A stretch of 19,268 nucleotides of DNA from Promethearchaeota archaeon (GCA_048941265.1 JBHLNT010000072.1:1-19268); one strand, 5' to 3'. Positions 8,706 to 17,402 are shown, numbered from the stretch's first letter. Notes: a model not told the origin generated them from the sequence alone. Program-made: numbers and translations.

Positions 8706-9521
8706 ATGCTCAAAATATTTGTGTTAATAAAGCAAGTTCCAGATCTTCATAATCTTGAAATAGATAGAAGAACAGGCACTCTAATTCGAGAGGGAGTTGA
8801 AAATATTATTAATCCCGATGATTTATATGCGTTAGAGCTTGGATTGAGTCTAAAGGAGCAATATGGTAGTGAAATCACTGCCATGACAATGGGACCCCCT
8901 CAAGCAGAGTTTGCATTAAGAGAATGCCTTGCAATGGGGGTTGATCATGCAATTTTAATTAGTGATCCAATATTTGCATATTCAGATACTCTTCAAACAA
9001 CATTGGTGCTAAAAGAAGCATTTGATAATATAAAAGATTACGATATTATAATCACTGGGAGTCAAACATCAGATTCAAGCACAGGTCAAGTGCCTTATCA
9101 GTTATCTGAAGCATTAGATATTCCACTTATAACAGATATTTTTACGATGGAAATAAAAGATCATCACTTTTTTTGTCATAGAAACTTTGGACACGAATCT
9201 CAGCACATTCAGACACAGCTTCCAATTCTAATCCGAACCCAGAGGCATTTTAACGAACCAAGACATATCTCCTTAAAAGGAATAAAAAAAGCCTTTGAAA
9301 AAGAAGTAAAAACTTATAATTTTAATACTTTTAATTGTCCAGATTATCTTGATGGATGCAATCAATCACCAACAAGAGTCGTAAAAACAGAAAAAATTGT
9401 CTTGAAAAGAAAAAACGAGATAATTGATGGTACTACTAAAGATAAAATTGAAAAATTAATAAATATAATGCAAGAACACGGAATTGAAAGAATATGGACG
9501 GGGATGCCAAAAGATGAGTGA
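8706..9521 (+). CDS. etfB: Electron transfer flavoprotein beta subunit (FixA-like)
   Basis: IKQVPD, INPDDLYALE, TMGPPQA, SDTLQT, GSQTSDSSTGQV and NEPR motifs; starts 1 nt after the dehydrogenase stop. Confidence 0.95.
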   Translation: MLKIFVLIKQVPDLHNLEIDRRTGTLIREGVENIINPDDLYALELGLSLKEQYGSEITAMTMGPPQAEFALRECLAMGVDHAILISDPIFAYSDTLQTTLVLKEAFDNIKDYDIIITGSQTSDSSTGQVPYQLSEALDIPLITDIFTMEIKDHHFFCHRNFGHESQHIQTQLPILIRTQRHFNEPRHISLKGIKKAFEKEVKTYNFNTFNCPDYLDGCNQSPTRVVKTEKIVLKRKNEIIDGTTKDKIEKLINIMQEHGIERIWTGMPKDE

Positions 9522-10527
9522 TATTACTGAATATAAGGATATTTGGGTTTTTACCGAAATTAAAGATCATGTAGAAGTACACGAATGCGCTTTAGAGATA
9601 TTAAGTAAAGCAAGAGAAATTGCTAATCAATTAGGCCAAAAACTCGTTGCAATTGTTTTAGCCTTAGAAGTTGAGCAATATTTACCTAAAATTAAAGATT
9701 ATGGTGTTGATAAAATTATTTATATAAGCCATAATGATTTGAAACATTACCATGAACGCATTTTCACTTCATTGATATATGATCTTATTGTTCAGCGTAA
9801 ACCTTCAATATTTTTGTTTCCGTCGACTGAAGCTGGCAATGCGCTAGCAGCACGTTTAGCATATCGTTGTCGAACAGGCTTGGTAAGTGATGTGCTGAAT
9901 TTAGAGTTAAGTGATGAGTATGGAAATAATTTATTAATAAGTGATAAACCTGCTTATTTAGGAAATGTCCTAGTAAAGATAATTTGTCCAGCAACTAGAC
10001 CCCAAATGTGTACTATAACCATGGGAACATTCCAAAAGAAAAATGTAAAAAAAAGTGACGTAGAAATTGAAAAAATTGAATATAATTACGATATAAATAC
10101 GCTTAAAATTAAAATACTTGGAGCTCCTACTCGTAAAGACAAACCCTCTTCAACACTTTCGGATGCTAAATTCGTTATAGGGGGAGGTCATGGATTAATT
10201 TCTAAACCTAATTTTGATAAGCTTTTCGATTTGGCAAAATATACTAATGGACAAGTGGGTGGAACGAGACGTCCTATTATGAATGGTTGGATGCCTGAAC
10301 ATTTACAGATTGGAATAAGTGGAGAATCTATTTTTTCAGAGTTATACTTATCATTTGGTATTTCTGGCGCTATACAACATGTAGTTGGAATTACTGACTC
10401 AAAAACTATAGTGGCTATTAATAAAGATCCAAATGCTCCAATCTTTAAAACTGCCGATTATTGTATTATTGGGGATGCGAAAGAAATATTGGATGGACTC
10501 CTAGATTATTATCGAGTATCAGAATAA
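9514..10527 (+). CDS. etfA: Electron transfer flavoprotein alpha subunit (FixB-like)
   Basis: YKDIWVFTE, RPQMCT, IGGGHG, QIGISG, GISGAIQHVVG and VAINKDPNAPIF. ATG9514 overlaps the etfB end by 8 nt and is preferred over TTG9484. Confidence 0.95.
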   Translation: MSDITEYKDIWVFTEIKDHVEVHECALEILSKAREIANQLGQKLVAIVLALEVEQYLPKIKDYGVDKIIYISHNDLKHYHERIFTSLIYDLIVQRKPSIFLFPSTEAGNALAARLAYRCRTGLVSDVLNLELSDEYGNNLLISDKPAYLGNVLVKIICPATRPQMCTITMGTFQKKNVKKSDVEIEKIEYNYDINTLKIKILGAPTRKDKPSSTLSDAKFVIGGGHGLISKPNFDKLFDLAKYTNGQVGGTRRPIMNGWMPEHLQIGISGESIFSELYLSFGISGAIQHVVGITDSKTIVAINKDPNAPIFKTADYCIIGDAKEILDGLLDYYRVSE

Positions 10528-10530
10528 GTT

Positions 10531-10857
10531 TTAATAAAGAAATTCCTCCTTTAATGTAGAAACAAATTCTTCCTTTTCACTATTCTTTAATGAAGAAGAT
10601 TCTTTGCCAAGGGTATTGTATAAATCAGGCGGATCATTTGGGTCTTCAAATAAAGTTAATACAAAAATTAGTGAATTTTTTATAATTTCCTTAATATAAA
10701 AATCCTTCTTTTCTCTCCATATTTTCATTATTTTTATGATTGAACGATCTCGACAGATTTCTTTTTGCTTGAAATCATTTTTACTTTTTATAAAGCAGTC
10801 GATAATCTCATTATAACAATCAATTTCGTCGATCATTATGGACTCACTTAAACACAT
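10531..10857 (-). CDS. Hypothetical protein (108 aa)
   Basis: The ORF fills the space convergent on etfA (3-nt gap) and has plausible helical composition; no recognisable motif. Confidence 0.6.
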   Translation of the reverse strand: MCLSESIMIDEIDCYNEIIDCFIKSKNDFKQKEICRDRSIIKIMKIWREKKDFYIKEIIKNSLIFVLTLFEDPNDPPDLYNTLGKESSSLKNSEKEEFVSTLKEEFLY

Positions 10858-11090
10858 TTTTTAAATTCACAGTATTTTTATTTTGAGCATTTCAAGTTAT
10901 TGAAAATTCGTATTAATCGTCTATATTTTTGATTATAATATACACATATTATTATTCAAGTTAGAAGTAATCAATTTGACATGAAAGGAATTTATTTATT
11001 ATAAAGCCAACATCTAAATTCATTTGTTAGAAGCAGAAATACTATATTATAAAAATAAAAAAAAATGAAATTTAAGATTTCAATATTCTT

Positions 11091-12776
11091 TTAATGTAAT
11101 AAACTCGACAAATATGCAAATCCCGTTTGGAAAGGTGATAAAGTACAAATCAAAAATGTAAAATATAAGACATTGATAATAGCTCCTACTAAAATATTTC
11201 CTGTTTTTTCATAGGTAAGTGCATTTATTATACTGGAAAATAAATATAGAGGTACAGCAATCCAAAAGAACATAATATAAAAGAAGGTATTACCCACCAC
11301 ACAAACTAATGATATAGTGAAACTGAAATAAATCATAAGAATTATATAAGTGAATAGTGAAGTCTTCAATGCATTTTTGAATCCCTTGCCAATTTTTTCC
11401 TGTATAATCTTCTGAAAATATAATCCGAATATGATATACATCAAAAAAGCAACAGCCAAGTAAATCGGCACAAAATAAATTTTATTTTGTAGCGAAGGCA
11501 ATATACCTAAGTAATTCAGCCCTATTGAAAGATAAAGAATCAAAAAAAAGACCAATGATAAAAAAATTCCGACCAAAACATCCCTTATAACATCTTTTTT
11601 GACCTTAAAAGGGTCTAATAATAATTGTTTCAAAGATATTTTTCTGTCTTTACTTTCACTCCAAAGGAGGAAGAAAATTCCTAATACTTGACCATAAAGT
11701 AGCATCAAAACTAACCCCGCAACTGTTAATGGTAAAAATAAGAAAAATGGCAATAAAATCAAGATTCCTGGGATAAAAAAAATGAAAGAGCAAAATATTG
11801 CCTTTATTGCGTCTTTTTTCAGGGATCCGTCACCACTACTTTTCTCATCGTTCTCCCGTTCCTTGTTTTTTAATGATATTCTACATATAGGATCTAGTAT
11901 TAATAAAAAGAATCCAATACCTCCAATAAGTTGCAGCATAAGTATCAATGCTCTTATATTGGCATAATAATTATTATTGATTGGATAAACATTTGGGAAG
12001 GTACTTTTAACCCAATCCCTAGCCTCTCTTATAATCGAAGAATCATACGGTGAAAGAAAATGATCAGAGTTATCATCATAAAATAGTTTTGTCGCATCGC
12101 CATCTTCAAAACTACCATACAGAGTGTTGATTTTGACCTCTGCAGCATCTATATCTAACCTATCAGCGATCTCTTCTTTTGCAGTTTTCAGATCACGTCC
12201 CTCATCATATTTAGCAAGGAGCATAAGAATATTTAGAGTTCTATTCACACAGTCATCATAGTCAATCGACAACTCTGTACCAATTCCAATAAAACACTTA
12301 TAATCCTCGTCGTCTTTTACAATTTTATTCCCAGGACCACCCCCCATACTGTACCCAATATATCCTAGCTTATGTATATAGATATCCCCACGGGTTTCAA
12401 GGTATTTTTTAATAGCTTTGACATCTTGAGTTAATAAAAGACGATTTATCTCACCAGAACTCTGTCCATGACCTCTAAAGTCAAAGGTGATTGCTACAAA
12501 TCCAGATGTAGCAAGCTCAATTGCTAATTCCTTCATCATCTCTTTATTTACCATTATTCCATGACCAATTAATATTGCTGGTTTTCTTTTCGCTCCATTC
12601 TTTGGTTCAAAAACATTAAATGAGATTGTCTCTCCGTCTTTCGTTTCCACTGTTTTCCCATAAGTAATCTTAATTTCCGTAGGAATCGTAAAAATGAGAA
12701 ATGTACCGATAATGAACATTGAAAGAAATGCTGAGATCAATATAATTCTTTTTTTATCCATAGTGTTTCGTTCCAT
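11091..12776 (-). CDS. Membrane-anchored alpha/beta-fold serine hydrolase with about 8 C-terminal TM helices
   Basis: N-terminal TM, ILIGHG, FDFRGHGQS, nucleophile elbow GYSMGG, AKYDE (Asp) and SDHF (His). ATG12776 is preceded by AGGGAG; ATG12761 is an alternative start. Confidence 0.85.
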   Translation of the reverse strand: MERNTMDKKRIILISAFLSMFIIGTFLIFTIPTEIKITYGKTVETKDGETISFNVFEPKNGAKRKPAILIGHGIMVNKEMMKELAIELATSGFVAITFDFRGHGQSSGEINRLLLTQDVKAIKKYLETRGDIYIHKLGYIGYSMGGGPGNKIVKDDEDYKCFIGIGTELSIDYDDCVNRTLNILMLLAKYDEGRDLKTAKEEIADRLDIDAAEVKINTLYGSFEDGDATKLFYDDNSDHFLSPYDSSIIREARDWVKSTFPNVYPINNNYYANIRALILMLQLIGGIGFFLLILDPICRISLKNKERENDEKSSGDGSLKKDAIKAIFCSFIFFIPGILILLPFFLFLPLTVAGLVLMLLYGQVLGIFFLLWSESKDRKISLKQLLLDPFKVKKDVIRDVLVGIFLSLVFFLILYLSIGLNYLGILPSLQNKIYFVPIYLAVAFLMYIIFGLYFQKIIQEKIGKGFKNALKTSLFTYIILMIYFSFTISLVCVVGNTFFYIMFFWIAVPLYLFSSIINALTYEKTGNILVGAIINVLYFTFLICTLSPFQTGFAYLSSLLH

Positions 12777-12889
12777 AATAATCTCCCTTAAAAAGTTAAT
12801 TTTTAACAACAAATATGAGATTATAGTGAAAATATTGTCTTTCAACTATATAAATTTTTAAAACAAAACATATGTAAAAAAAAGAATTT

Positions 12890-13018
12890 CTAATCTATCA
12901 ATCCTGACATTAAGTTTAATCCAAACATATACGGAAATAATGTCCAAATTATTAACATAGGGTACAATGAATTAATGATTACTCCGCTTAAATTATTGGT
13001 TATTCTGTAAAATATTGT
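12890..13018 (-). pseudogene. C-terminal remnant of a paralog of the adjacent membrane hydrolase
   Basis: Manual translation TIFYRITNNLSGVIINSLYPMLIIWTLFPYMFGLNLMSGLID* aligns to the C-terminus of 11091-12776 with 17 identities in 42 columns and a coincident stop; there is an in-frame TAA immediately upstream. Confidence 0.75.
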
Positions 13019-13324
13019 TTAAATTAACCTATTTTCCTTATTGTTTAATATAGATTTATCTGTTAAATATTTAGAATTTCATATGATGTTTAATTTTGAT
13101 TTAAGATCATCTTTTATATTTATTAAGGTTTTAAAATGGATCCTTAAATTTTTTAGATCAGTTTTTTAAATATGGATTTTTGATTTCTAAAGGTTTTGCT
13201 AATAAATCATTCTTATTTTTTGAAATTGAATAGAATATTGTAAAAGAATTTTTATTATTTTGAAAACTTATCACTTAAATATCTTTAAATTAAAGAATAT
13301 GAAAAAAAGAAATGTTTTATAAAA

Positions 13325-13891
13325 ATGAACGACGATTTAGCTAATCCAGCCCCCTTAGGTTTGATGGGATTTGGAATGACTACCGTATTATTAAATCTTC
13401 ATAATGCCGGAATTTATCAATTAGGTCCTATGATTCTGAGCATGGGGATATTTTATGGAGGTTTAGCTCAGATTATAGCCGGAATAATGGAATATAAAAA
13501 AGGAAATACTTTTGGAACAACGGCATTTACATCTTATGGTCTATTTTGGCTTACTCTTGTTTTTTTAATAATCTTTCCAAATATGGGATTTTCAGATAGT
13601 CCATCAACTTCTATTGAAATCGGATTTTATCTCACAATGTGGGGTATTTTTACTTCATTTATGGCTATTGGAACTATAAACAAAAATGTTGCATTAATGT
13701 TTGTATTTTTTAGTCTCTCAATATTATTTTTTTTGTTAGCCATAGGTGATTTTACAGGTTTAAGATGGATAACTATTATAGCTGGAATTGAAGGGATCTT
13801 TTGTGGGGCTTCTGCAATTTATCTTGCTATGGCAGAAGTTATAAATGAAAATTATAATAGAACAATATTACCTATTGGACAAAGAAGATAA
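13325..13891 (+). CDS. satP: Acetate uptake channel, GPR1/FUN34/YaaH (SatP/AceTr) family
   Basis: Signature LANPAPLGLMGFGMTT, FYGGLAQ and NTFGTTAFTSYGLFW; 188 aa with six TM segments. Confidence 0.95.
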   Translation: MNDDLANPAPLGLMGFGMTTVLLNLHNAGIYQLGPMILSMGIFYGGLAQIIAGIMEYKKGNTFGTTAFTSYGLFWLTLVFLIIFPNMGFSDSPSTSIEIGFYLTMWGIFTSFMAIGTINKNVALMFVFFSLSILFFLLAIGDFTGLRWITIIAGIEGIFCGASAIYLAMAEVINENYNRTILPIGQRR

Positions 13892-14078
13892 ATACTTTTA
13901 AAAAAAAATTATTATTTTTTCTAATTTTTAACTTGTTTATATACAAACTTATAATTATTAACTATATTTGGATAAATTTAGAGGAATAAAAAGATTCTTT
14001 TTTTCTAGAAAGAATTATATTAAATAATTGAATTTTCCATAGATATAACCTGTTTTATCTAACTTTTTTAGTTCGGCA

Positions 14079-14211
14079 TTACCGGATTTATTAAAACTGT
14101 AGGAATCAATTTATTTGTATTGACATTCGGTATCTATTTCGTGCTCTTGCTTGTCATGGGAATTAAGTGAATAGTATCTGCAATTCTGGTTCTAATTAAT
14201 AAATCCGCTAA
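14079..14211. repeat. 133-bp intergenic element bounded by a 16-bp imperfect inverted repeat
   Basis: TTACCGGATTTATTAA (14079-14094) vs TTAATAAATCCGCTAA (14196-14211): 15/16 complementary with a 12-bp perfect core. Confidence 0.6.
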
Positions 14212-14261
14212 ATAATTAATTAATGAAGTTAATAAGATAAAAAAAATAAAATATTGAGAAT

Positions 14262-14286
14262 AAGGAAAAAATTTTTCCTTTTTTTT
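14262..14286. terminator. Palindrome plus T tract between convergent satP and HerA-like genes
   Basis: AAGGAAAAA-A-TTTTTCCTT followed by T6; A-tracts upstream give T-tracts on the minus strand. Confidence 0.4.
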
Positions 14287-14340
14287 AAAAAGGTCTTATA
14301 AAAAATATTACTAATTATATTTTAAAGTTGTAAATTAAGT

Positions 14341-16140
14341 TTATCTCTGGGTTTTTTTTAATTCTTTTATGGATTTTTCTGCTAGTGAAATTGCACTTAA
14401 ATACTTACTTTTATATTTTTTAAGCTCTGCTTCTAGTTCAATTGTTTTGTTTTTATATTCTAATATTCTTTCACTATTATCTTCGCTTGATACTGGTTGT
14501 TGAGACTCAGACATCTGTTTTAAGTAATTATATTTTTCTTTCCAAACGTTTACTTCTGTTTCTAGTTCTTGTATCTTTTCACCCTCTTTACCACTAATGA
14601 TAGATATTCCAGCGCCCGATTCTAAAGAGGCATATTTTTCTTTTAATGTTGACAACTCATCCTCCAATTCAGAAATCCTCCTTTTTAATTCGGCAATCTC
14701 GTCTAAATAATCGGTAGCTGTTTTAGGTTCCATCATTTCCTGAAACATTGTTTTTCCAACAGCTAATTCATCTGCCGATTTTTTACCCAAAATTCTATCC
14801 TTTCTCTTCTGTAATCCTTCTACGGTTTGTTCGGAAAGGAAATCAAGTACGTTGAAGCCCATCCCTCCATGCTTAGTTGTTCTTTTTCTCACTTTAACAA
14901 AGAGCGGAATGCCTGCAACACATTCTCCGCATATTATTGCTTCACCTTTATCTAAACCGGATATATCATCTTTATTTTCTTTACTTAAATCCTCAGCACT
15001 CGAAATTGTTATACCAATATCTCTAATATCTGATAAATTATGGACAACCCAACTTCCCGCTTGAGCTCTTATAGTTGTGTCAAGTAATTGTGGTCTTTGG
15101 GTTCCAATTACGATGTTAGCTCCGAATTTTCTGCCCTCTTGAGCAAAGAGCTTTACTACTTCACAAGTTTCAGTTTGCTTTTTTCCCGCAAACAAATGAG
15201 CTTCATCTAAAAACAGATAAAACGGTGGAATTTGACCTGAAGTGCTTGCGTTGTATAATTTCTTTAGAAGTTTACCCGCAATTACCTCTTGAACTTCAAG
15301 GTCTAAACCTCTCAAATTAATGATTGAACATAATCTTGGAGCAACTATATCATTAGGATCCAGAGAAAATAAGTATTCTATATCGATATCTGCACTAGGA
15401 TTCATCTTTAAATCCGAAAATTCAATTATATTATCAGCAAATTCACTTGCGCTAGGATCTTTAGTTTTAGTCTCTTCGATCATTTCACTTTCTAAACTTT
15501 TTCCACAATGTTCACATTTAACAGCTTTTTCAGGAACTTCTTCTCCACACCAAGGACATACTCTTGATTTAGCTTGAAATGAGGCAGGAGTTTCTTTTTT
15601 TTTATCAAGTTCCTCACTTGCCACCTTTAAACTTCCATATTCACCATGTCTATCCAGGATTACTATTGGGATTCCTTTTCTTAGAAACTCCTCGCAAAGA
15701 ACACCCATGGTATAACTTTTTCCTGAACCAGATTTGCCCGTTATGAATATCCTCCCAAAATTCTTTATTAACAAATTAACATCAAATGGGTATCCTATAA
15801 GTTTCCCCAAGGATATTGACTTTTCTGGTGGATTATAGATTCCTAAAAGTTTAGTAATTTGTGTCTCACTTGCCAAAAAAACTTCGACTCCGACTTCAAA
15901 AGGCTTTTTTGGTCTGTCTCCTAAAACAAGTAATGTTCCCATCATACCCTTAGAATCACTCCACATATCCATAAGATGGAGTATATAGTAGGGTTCAGCT
16001 CCCTTTTTATCACCATATATTACGAAATAACTAGTTCTTTCAACATCTGGAGTTGAAAATATTATCTGGACTGTGTGAGTAGTTGTTTTGCCTGTTAATC
16101 TTCCAACGGTATCTGGACCTGATGGTTCTTGATTTGACAT
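14341..16140 (-). CDS. HerA/FtsK-family (DUF87) ATPase with zinc-ribbon insertion and C-terminal coiled coil
   Basis: N-terminal HAS-barrel-like beta region, Walker A GKSGSGKS (15715-15738), ILDRHGEY, Walker B LFLDEAH, arginine-finger motif QEGRKFG and TQRP. CPWC-x10-CEHC at 15505-15558; heptad-rich tail. Confidence 0.88.
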   Translation of the reverse strand: MSNQEPSGPDTVGRLTGKTTTHTVQIIFSTPDVERTSYFVIYGDKKGAEPYYILHLMDMWSDSKGMMGTLLVLGDRPKKPFEVGVEVFLASETQITKLLGIYNPPEKSISLGKLIGYPFDVNLLIKNFGRIFITGKSGSGKSYTMGVLCEEFLRKGIPIVILDRHGEYGSLKVASEELDKKKETPASFQAKSRVCPWCGEEVPEKAVKCEHCGKSLESEMIEETKTKDPSASEFADNIIEFSDLKMNPSADIDIEYLFSLDPNDIVAPRLCSIINLRGLDLEVQEVIAGKLLKKLYNASTSGQIPPFYLFLDEAHLFAGKKQTETCEVVKLFAQEGRKFGANIVIGTQRPQLLDTTIRAQAGSWVVHNLSDIRDIGITISSAEDLSKENKDDISGLDKGEAIICGECVAGIPLFVKVRKRTTKHGGMGFNVLDFLSEQTVEGLQKRKDRILGKKSADELAVGKTMFQEMMEPKTATDYLDEIAELKRRISELEDELSTLKEKYASLESGAGISIISGKEGEKIQELETEVNVWKEKYNYLKQMSESQQPVSSEDNSERILEYKNKTIELEAELKKYKSKYLSAISLAEKSIKELKKTQR

Positions 16141-16450
16141 TAGATTATCACAATATAAATTAATTTAGTTTTCTTTCAGAATATTAAATTTTTATATCTA
16201 TTATAATAAACAACTTATGTATCGTATATAAATCTTCAAGATAAGTCAAATATTTATAAATGGTTTAAAAAGGATTATTTATATTTTAAAACCGATAAGA
16301 ATCTAATTGGACGAGAAAAATATAAAAATTACAAAATAACTAGTACCATACTTTTATTCAATTTTTAAAAATTTCAGAGTAAAGAATATGGAGAACAGCA
16401 TTAAAAAAAAAATCGTTCAAACTTCAATTGGGAATGGAAAGTAAATTTAT

Positions 16451-17380
16451 TTAAATAGGATTTTTTTGAAAAATTATGCTTTTTTTAACCATATGATGTG
16501 GTTTGTATGATTCTTTAGCTCTCCTTAAACCAGAAATGCCCAAATCTTGCTCTCGGTTTACAAATTGGGCATCTTCGCAGCAATTTTTTAGAAATAAATT
16601 ATTGATCGCTTGATAAGAACCTTCATATTGCATGTGTGCTTTTTCTATATGGACAACCAAAGTGTCGGAATTAAGCATCTCACCGAAAGTATACGCGGCA
16701 CACTCATTTCCAACACAAATTATAGCGCCCTTATAATCTAAGTTATTGAAATTATCCAACGCTTCATTTATCGCCTTTTGTTCTTCCAGTAAACTCTCGT
16801 CCTCATGACAACCTCTCTGTAAACACCATTTGAGCTGAAGTTCTTTACATTTATCAATCCACTCTTCTGATAATAAATTGAACTCGTAATTATACGCCTC
16901 TAAAAACTTGTTTAACCATCTTCGGTTTTGTCGGTGTTTATTTCCTATTAAATTGGTAATTTCTTCCTTATCATAAACGTAATCCCAATTATTCCGATCT
17001 TCAAAAATTTCGATGTTTAAATCGCTAAATTCATCATTATCATTGATCTTTTCAGTAATATGCTCGGGAACTCTGTGAATTTCTAGATCTTCTATTGTTT
17101 CAAAAAGTTCTCTTATAATTTTAAGCGGGTTACTTCCTATTGGAGGTAAAAAGAACACATTATCTGGACATATTGCACATGTATTATATTTCTTCAAATA
17201 ATTCTCAGAAAAGATTAATAAGTGGTTATTCCACTCAGAAAATCGAAATTCATAATGACTTCGCCAAATAAATAGGTTTGTAAACGTTAATTCAGAAATG
17301 TTAGGGGGAAATCTTCGAAAATAATCATCAAATATATATTTATCAGTAATCTCTATAGGTTTTCCGCTACTTAAATCCAT
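16451..17380 (-). CDS. DUF2156 / phosphatidylglycerol lysyltransferase C-terminal-like (tRNA-dependent aminoacyltransferase fold) protein, soluble
   Basis: SELTFTNLFIW, DRNNWDYVY, GNKHRQNR, VVHIEKA, GSYQAIN and VNREQDLGISGLRRAKESYKP motifs; no TM segments. Confidence 0.85.
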   Translation of the reverse strand: MDLSSGKPIEITDKYIFDDYFRRFPPNISELTFTNLFIWRSHYEFRFSEWNNHLLIFSENYLKKYNTCAICPDNVFFLPPIGSNPLKIIRELFETIEDLEIHRVPEHITEKINDNDEFSDLNIEIFEDRNNWDYVYDKEEITNLIGNKHRQNRRWLNKFLEAYNYEFNLLSEEWIDKCKELQLKWCLQRGCHEDESLLEEQKAINEALDNFNNLDYKGAIICVGNECAAYTFGEMLNSDTLVVHIEKAHMQYEGSYQAINNLFLKNCCEDAQFVNREQDLGISGLRRAKESYKPHHMVKKSIIFQKNPI

Positions 17381-17402
17381 GTTTAAATTAAAATATAGAG
17401 AG

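Noticed and set aside
7014-11967. Short ORFs 7014-7253, 7573-7755, 7770-7958, 9785-9994 and 11782-11967
   Set aside because: Antisense to confidently identified genes.
12777-12845. N-terminal extension of the hydrolase from TTG12845
   Set aside because: Reads like translated AT-rich intergenic DNA; ATG12776 has an SD-like AGGGAG and places the TM anchor near the N-terminus.
14072-14215. Hydrophobic plus-strand reading FGITGFIKTVGINLFVLTFGIYFVLLLVMGIK*IVSAILVLINKSAK* as a pseudogene
   Set aside because: No start, an internal stop and no recognisable homolog; T-rich DNA readily gives hydrophobic translations. Kept only as an alternative explanation of the inverted-repeat element.
2076-16140. 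Sir2-HerA (Nezha-type) defence system formed by the SIR2 gene and the HerA-like gene
   Set aside because: The genes are about 10 kb apart, on opposite strands and separated by metabolic genes. Known Sir2-HerA systems are adjacent two-gene operons and their Sir2 lacks a TPR array.
16141-16450. Small ORF (MENSIKKKIVQTSIGNGK) and weak GGTTTAAAA/TTTTAAAACC inverted repeat in the intergenic region
   Set aside because: Too short and AT-rich to distinguish from chance.
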